From Eubacteriales bacterium (GTDB lineage: Bacteria > Bacillota > Clostridia > Oscillospirales > CAG-272), in NCBI GenBank assembly GCA_045539995.1, contig JAZQGJ010000063.1, positions 1 to 55,483 on the forward strand: a DNA stretch of 55,483 nucleotides, written 5' to 3'. Below are positions 52,600 through 55,483 of the stretch, piece by piece. Every line of letters starts with the position of its first letter. Within the stretch, counting starts at the first letter, position 1. The notes beneath the pieces are model-generated. The model had not been told where the DNA came from and ran no database searches. It was given only the letters and a program-made list of their open reading frames with translations. Position numbers and translations under genes: made by a program.

Positions 52600-53637
52600 A
52601 TGCAAGCAGGATTAGGAATTGATTTGGGAAGCTCTGCGGTTATTGCGAGCAAGCCCGGCGCGGGAATAGTTTTCGGCGAGGCGGCAATTGCTGCTGTCAG
52701 TAATTCAGACGGCAGACTGTTGGCGCTTGGTAGCGATGCGGAAAATATTCTCACACATAACAGAAATAGCGACGTCAAGCTATACAGACCGTTCAAGGAT
52801 AGCATTATCGTGCGTGATTATACACACAGGATCTTGTCGAGATGTATCAGTAATTCCATTAAAAACGCCGATAAGAATTCAGGCCCCTTACGAGTGCTGG
52901 TCAGCATTCCTTGCAATTTCAGCGAGGTCGAGGAAAGCGCGCTTTGTGAGCTCTGCGTTCAGGCGGGAGCCTCTGAAGCGTATCTCGTTTATTCGCCTAT
53001 CGCCTCCTTGGTGGGTAGCGGAATGCTTGGGACTTCGTCCCTTTCCGTTAACATAGGCGCCTCTCATACGGATATTATGCTTATCTGCAGGGGAAGAATT
53101 TTTTATAAAAGCACGGTCTCTACAGGAGGAAACGCATTCGATTTGGCTATAGCCAATTACATAAATGAAAAGTATAACGTGAAAATAAGCATGCGCACCG
53201 CCGAAGCCATAAAAACGGGAATAGGCACCGTCTGGATGGGCAGTGACAGAAAGTTTTTGGACATTAAAGGGAAGGATAATTTAGGCGTTGTCCGTACTGT
53301 ACGGATTTCGTCCGACGAGATGTTTGTCGCGTTAGAGGAGCCTACCTCGGCGATTCTTGACGCGCTCTGCAAGGCTATTTCGAAAATCCCCACCGATTGC
53401 GTCAATACCGTTTTTGACAAGGGAATACTTTTGTGCGGCGGCGGCAGTACGCTCGACGGACTTGATAAAATGATAAGTGGAGTAACGGGAGTAAAGGCGG
53501 TATTGCTTAAAAATCCCATAAGCGTGACCTCGCTTGGACTCGCTAAAATGCTTGAAAAGCTTCCCGAACGAATCTCTCACGGAACTCTGAACATTTCCCG
53601 TGAATATATAAAGAATGCAACGGCAGGAAGGAGATAA
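52600..53637 (+). CDS. Divergent MreB/Mbl-like actin homolog
   Basis: GIDLGSS, RPFKDSII, GGNAFDLAI, TAEAIK, GILLCGGGS; RBS AGGAG. Confidence 0.8.
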   Translation: MQAGLGIDLGSSAVIASKPGAGIVFGEAAIAAVSNSDGRLLALGSDAENILTHNRNSDVKLYRPFKDSIIVRDYTHRILSRCISNSIKNADKNSGPLRVLVSIPCNFSEVEESALCELCVQAGASEAYLVYSPIASLVGSGMLGTSSLSVNIGASHTDIMLICRGRIFYKSTVSTGGNAFDLAIANYINEKYNVKISMRTAEAIKTGIGTVWMGSDRKFLDIKGKDNLGVVRTVRISSDEMFVALEEPTSAILDALCKAISKIPTDCVNTVFDKGILLCGGGSTLDGLDKMISGVTGVKAVLLKNPISVTSLGLAKMLEKLPERISHGTLNISREYIKNATAGRR

Positions 53638-53643
53638 AAACAA

Positions 53644-53757
53644 ATGAATATTAAGAAAAAGCAGCAGCGCGCAAAGGTTGCGTTTCGTGTTTTAGCCATT
53701 ATCCTCGCCGCGCTTATGGTTTCGGGTACGGTTGCGGGTATTTTGATGTACCTCTGA
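53644..53757 (+). CDS. Small single-TM protein, 37 aa (DUF4044-like), not in the ORF track
   Basis: MNIKKKQQRAKVAFRVLAIILAALMVSGTVAGILMYL; RBS AGGAG; fills the gap between the MreB-like gene and trmB. Confidence 0.65.
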   Translation: MNIKKKQQRAKVAFRVLAIILAALMVSGTVAGILMYL

Positions 53758-53810
53758 TTTTAAGCGCGTTAAAATTGCGAGATTGCTTACTGACTTAGGA
53801 GAAAACAACA

Positions 53811-54467
53811 ATGAGAATGAGAAAAAAGAAGCATGGCGCAGAGAGGCTTTTGGCGTGCGAAGAAATTCTTTTAGAAAAACCGAGCAAGCCTATAGAGTCT
53901 TCAGAGGAGATATTTAAGAGAGACGGAGAGCTTCGTCTTGAAATAGGCTGCGGAAAAGGTGGATTCATCTGTAAAATGGCAGAGAAGAATCCCGACGTTA
54001 ATTTTATTGCCTTAGAGCGTGTCGATGACGTTATGGTCGTGGCGGTAGAAAAGGCTATGAGGGCAAAGTCGGAAAGAAGCGCCGACAATCTTCGCTTTAT
54101 GATTGCAAGGGCTGAGGATCTACCCGAAATGTTTGAAAAGTCGTCTATTGACGTAATATATCTTAATTTCAGCGATCCGTGGCCTAAAAAGGGACACGCG
54201 AAGCGACGCCTTACCTACAGAACGTTTCTCAATTCATATTTTTCAGTTTTGAAGCCGAACGGAAAGCTATGCTTTAAGACCGACAACAGAGGGCTCTTTG
54301 ATTTCACGTTAGAGGAATTGGACGCGCTGGGAGTCGGTTGCGACTACGTGACGTACGACCTTCATTCGTCGGAATACGCGGAGGGGAACGTTATGACCGA
54401 GTATGAGTCTAACTTTTCTTCGCAAGGCATTCCGATATGCGCCCTTTCGCTTACTAACAAAAAATAA
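53811..54467 (+). CDS. trmB: tRNA (guanine-N7)-methyltransferase
   Basis: LEIGCGKGGF, LNFSDPWPKKGHAKRRLT, FKTDN, TEYE. Confidence 0.95.
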   Translation: MRMRKKKHGAERLLACEEILLEKPSKPIESSEEIFKRDGELRLEIGCGKGGFICKMAEKNPDVNFIALERVDDVMVVAVEKAMRAKSERSADNLRFMIARAEDLPEMFEKSSIDVIYLNFSDPWPKKGHAKRRLTYRTFLNSYFSVLKPNGKLCFKTDNRGLFDFTLEELDALGVGCDYVTYDLHSSEYAEGNVMTEYESNFSSQGIPICALSLTNKK

Positions 54468-54563
54468 TTGAATATTAACGCTTTTGTCGGAGAAAATATT
54501 ATAAAGAGTATTATGCGCCAAAAGGCGTATTCAGATAAAAATCAGCTTGAGAGGAGAATTATT

Positions 54564-54860
54564 ATGTGTGATAAATTAAAATGCATTACCGAAACCGTCC
54601 GTCCTGTGATAGTTGAAAAGCACGATTTTTCGGCAGATGTTTTTAAGAATAAAAAGAGCGGAGATCCGCTTTTCCATATTGCTTCAAAGGGCAAGCTCGA
54701 AATAGATATTTTCAAGGTCTTAACCTGGATTTTACTCGCGCTTGTCACAATGTCAGCCTTTTCTCTTTCTGTAAAAGCGAAAAAAGACAGAAAAAGAAAA
54801 ATTAAAAAGATGAAAGCAGAGCTTAAGGAAGCCAGAAAAGCCACCAAATGCAAGGAATAA
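54564..54860 (+). CDS. Hypothetical membrane protein
   Basis: RBS GAGGAG, one TM, basic C-terminus. Confidence 0.6.
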   Translation: MCDKLKCITETVRPVIVEKHDFSADVFKNKKSGDPLFHIASKGKLEIDIFKVLTWILLALVTMSAFSLSVKAKKDRKRKIKKMKAELKEARKATKCKE

Positions 54861-54879
54861 TCCACGCATACGCGCAAAT

Positions 54880-54921
54880 AAAAGGGGCAGTCTCAAATTT
54901 TTATTTGAGACTGCCCCTTTT
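54880..54921. terminator. Perfect 19-bp inverted repeat, bidirectional terminator
   Basis: AAAAGGGGCAGTCTCAAAT-TTTT-ATTTGAGACTGCCCCTTTT. Confidence 0.75.
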
Positions 54922-55146
54922 GGGGATAGTCAGATTTGAGCAAGAAGCGTCGTTCTCGGGGGCGTGAGGCGTACAAAGGTACGTCAAGCTCCCGAAACGG
55001 TGGTAGAAAAAGTCCAATAAAATTGAAATCCGTAAGGATTTCTACCTTATAACTGTCTCTTTTGTGTTTTTTGATGTAGATGAGAGGTTCTTTTATTGCT
55101 CTTCGGGCTTTTTCGGTCTTGCCAAATGTGACAGCCCTTTTTTGCG

Positions 55147-55482
55147 TTAGTTTATAGGATTGCCGTCCTTGTCATAGTCTTCTCTGCTTGTTTCTTCGCC
55201 GTTCTCGTAATTAATTACCGTGTAGCTACCGTCGGCGTTGTAGAAGGTCTCCCTAATTAAGTTGCCACTTACGTCATACTCTGATATTGACCTGATAGTG
55301 CCGTCGGCGTTGTAGTATGTGTGCTTAATTCTGTTGCCGTTAGCGTCATATTCAAACATGAAATATAATGAACCGTCGGCGTTGTATCTGGTCTCCTTAA
55401 TTTTGTTGCCGTCTGCGTCATAGCCATATTCGTGCCAACCGCCGACACTACCGTCGGCATTGTAAATTGTGTATTTAATTCT
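55147..55482 (-). CDS. C-terminal end of a YD/RHS-like repeat protein (runs off the window)
   Basis: Frame open to the window edge; repeats of (E)YDxxGNxIKxTxYNADGS. Confidence 0.8.
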   Translation of the reverse strand, partial: RIKYTIYNADGSVGGWHEYGYDADGNKIKETRYNADGSLYFMFEYDANGNRIKHTYYNADGTIRSISEYDVSGNLIRETFYNADGSYTVINYENGEETSREDYDKDGNPIN

Positions 55483-55483
55483 A

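Overview
Mostly core chromosome of a low-GC, probably spore-forming Clostridia-like bacterium (pdaA-like and ytvI genes; canonical TTGACA/TATAAT promoters). Housekeeping content: a sulfite-reductase-like Fe-S gene with a FecCD/BtuCD-type ABC importer, tRNA-Ser(GGA), a nucleoside ABC operon, copA, der, obgE, a cyclophilin, rpmB, typA, a dcw cluster (mraZ to ftsZ, no murD or ftsA), ispD/ispF, rpe, mscL, SAM-I riboswitch plus metK, recD2, a divergent MreB-like gene and trmB. Two accessory regions stand out. (1) 24918-28919: an apparently headless and tailless but stop-free 4 kb piece of a phage-type large polyvalent protein gene between rpmB and typA. Its low-complexity linkers hide three small ORFs, all in the same +1 frame, each with its own Shine-Dalgarno, and two near-consensus sigma70 promoters are written into the coding sequence. 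(2) 1-1100: a four-helix-bundle (TIGR02436/Avd-like) gene and a coupled partner, flanked on both sides by 'fishbone' arrays: a constant 9-10 nt motif alternating with variable mini-hairpins, then the reverse-complement motif. All calls come from reading the sequence by eye; no searches were run.
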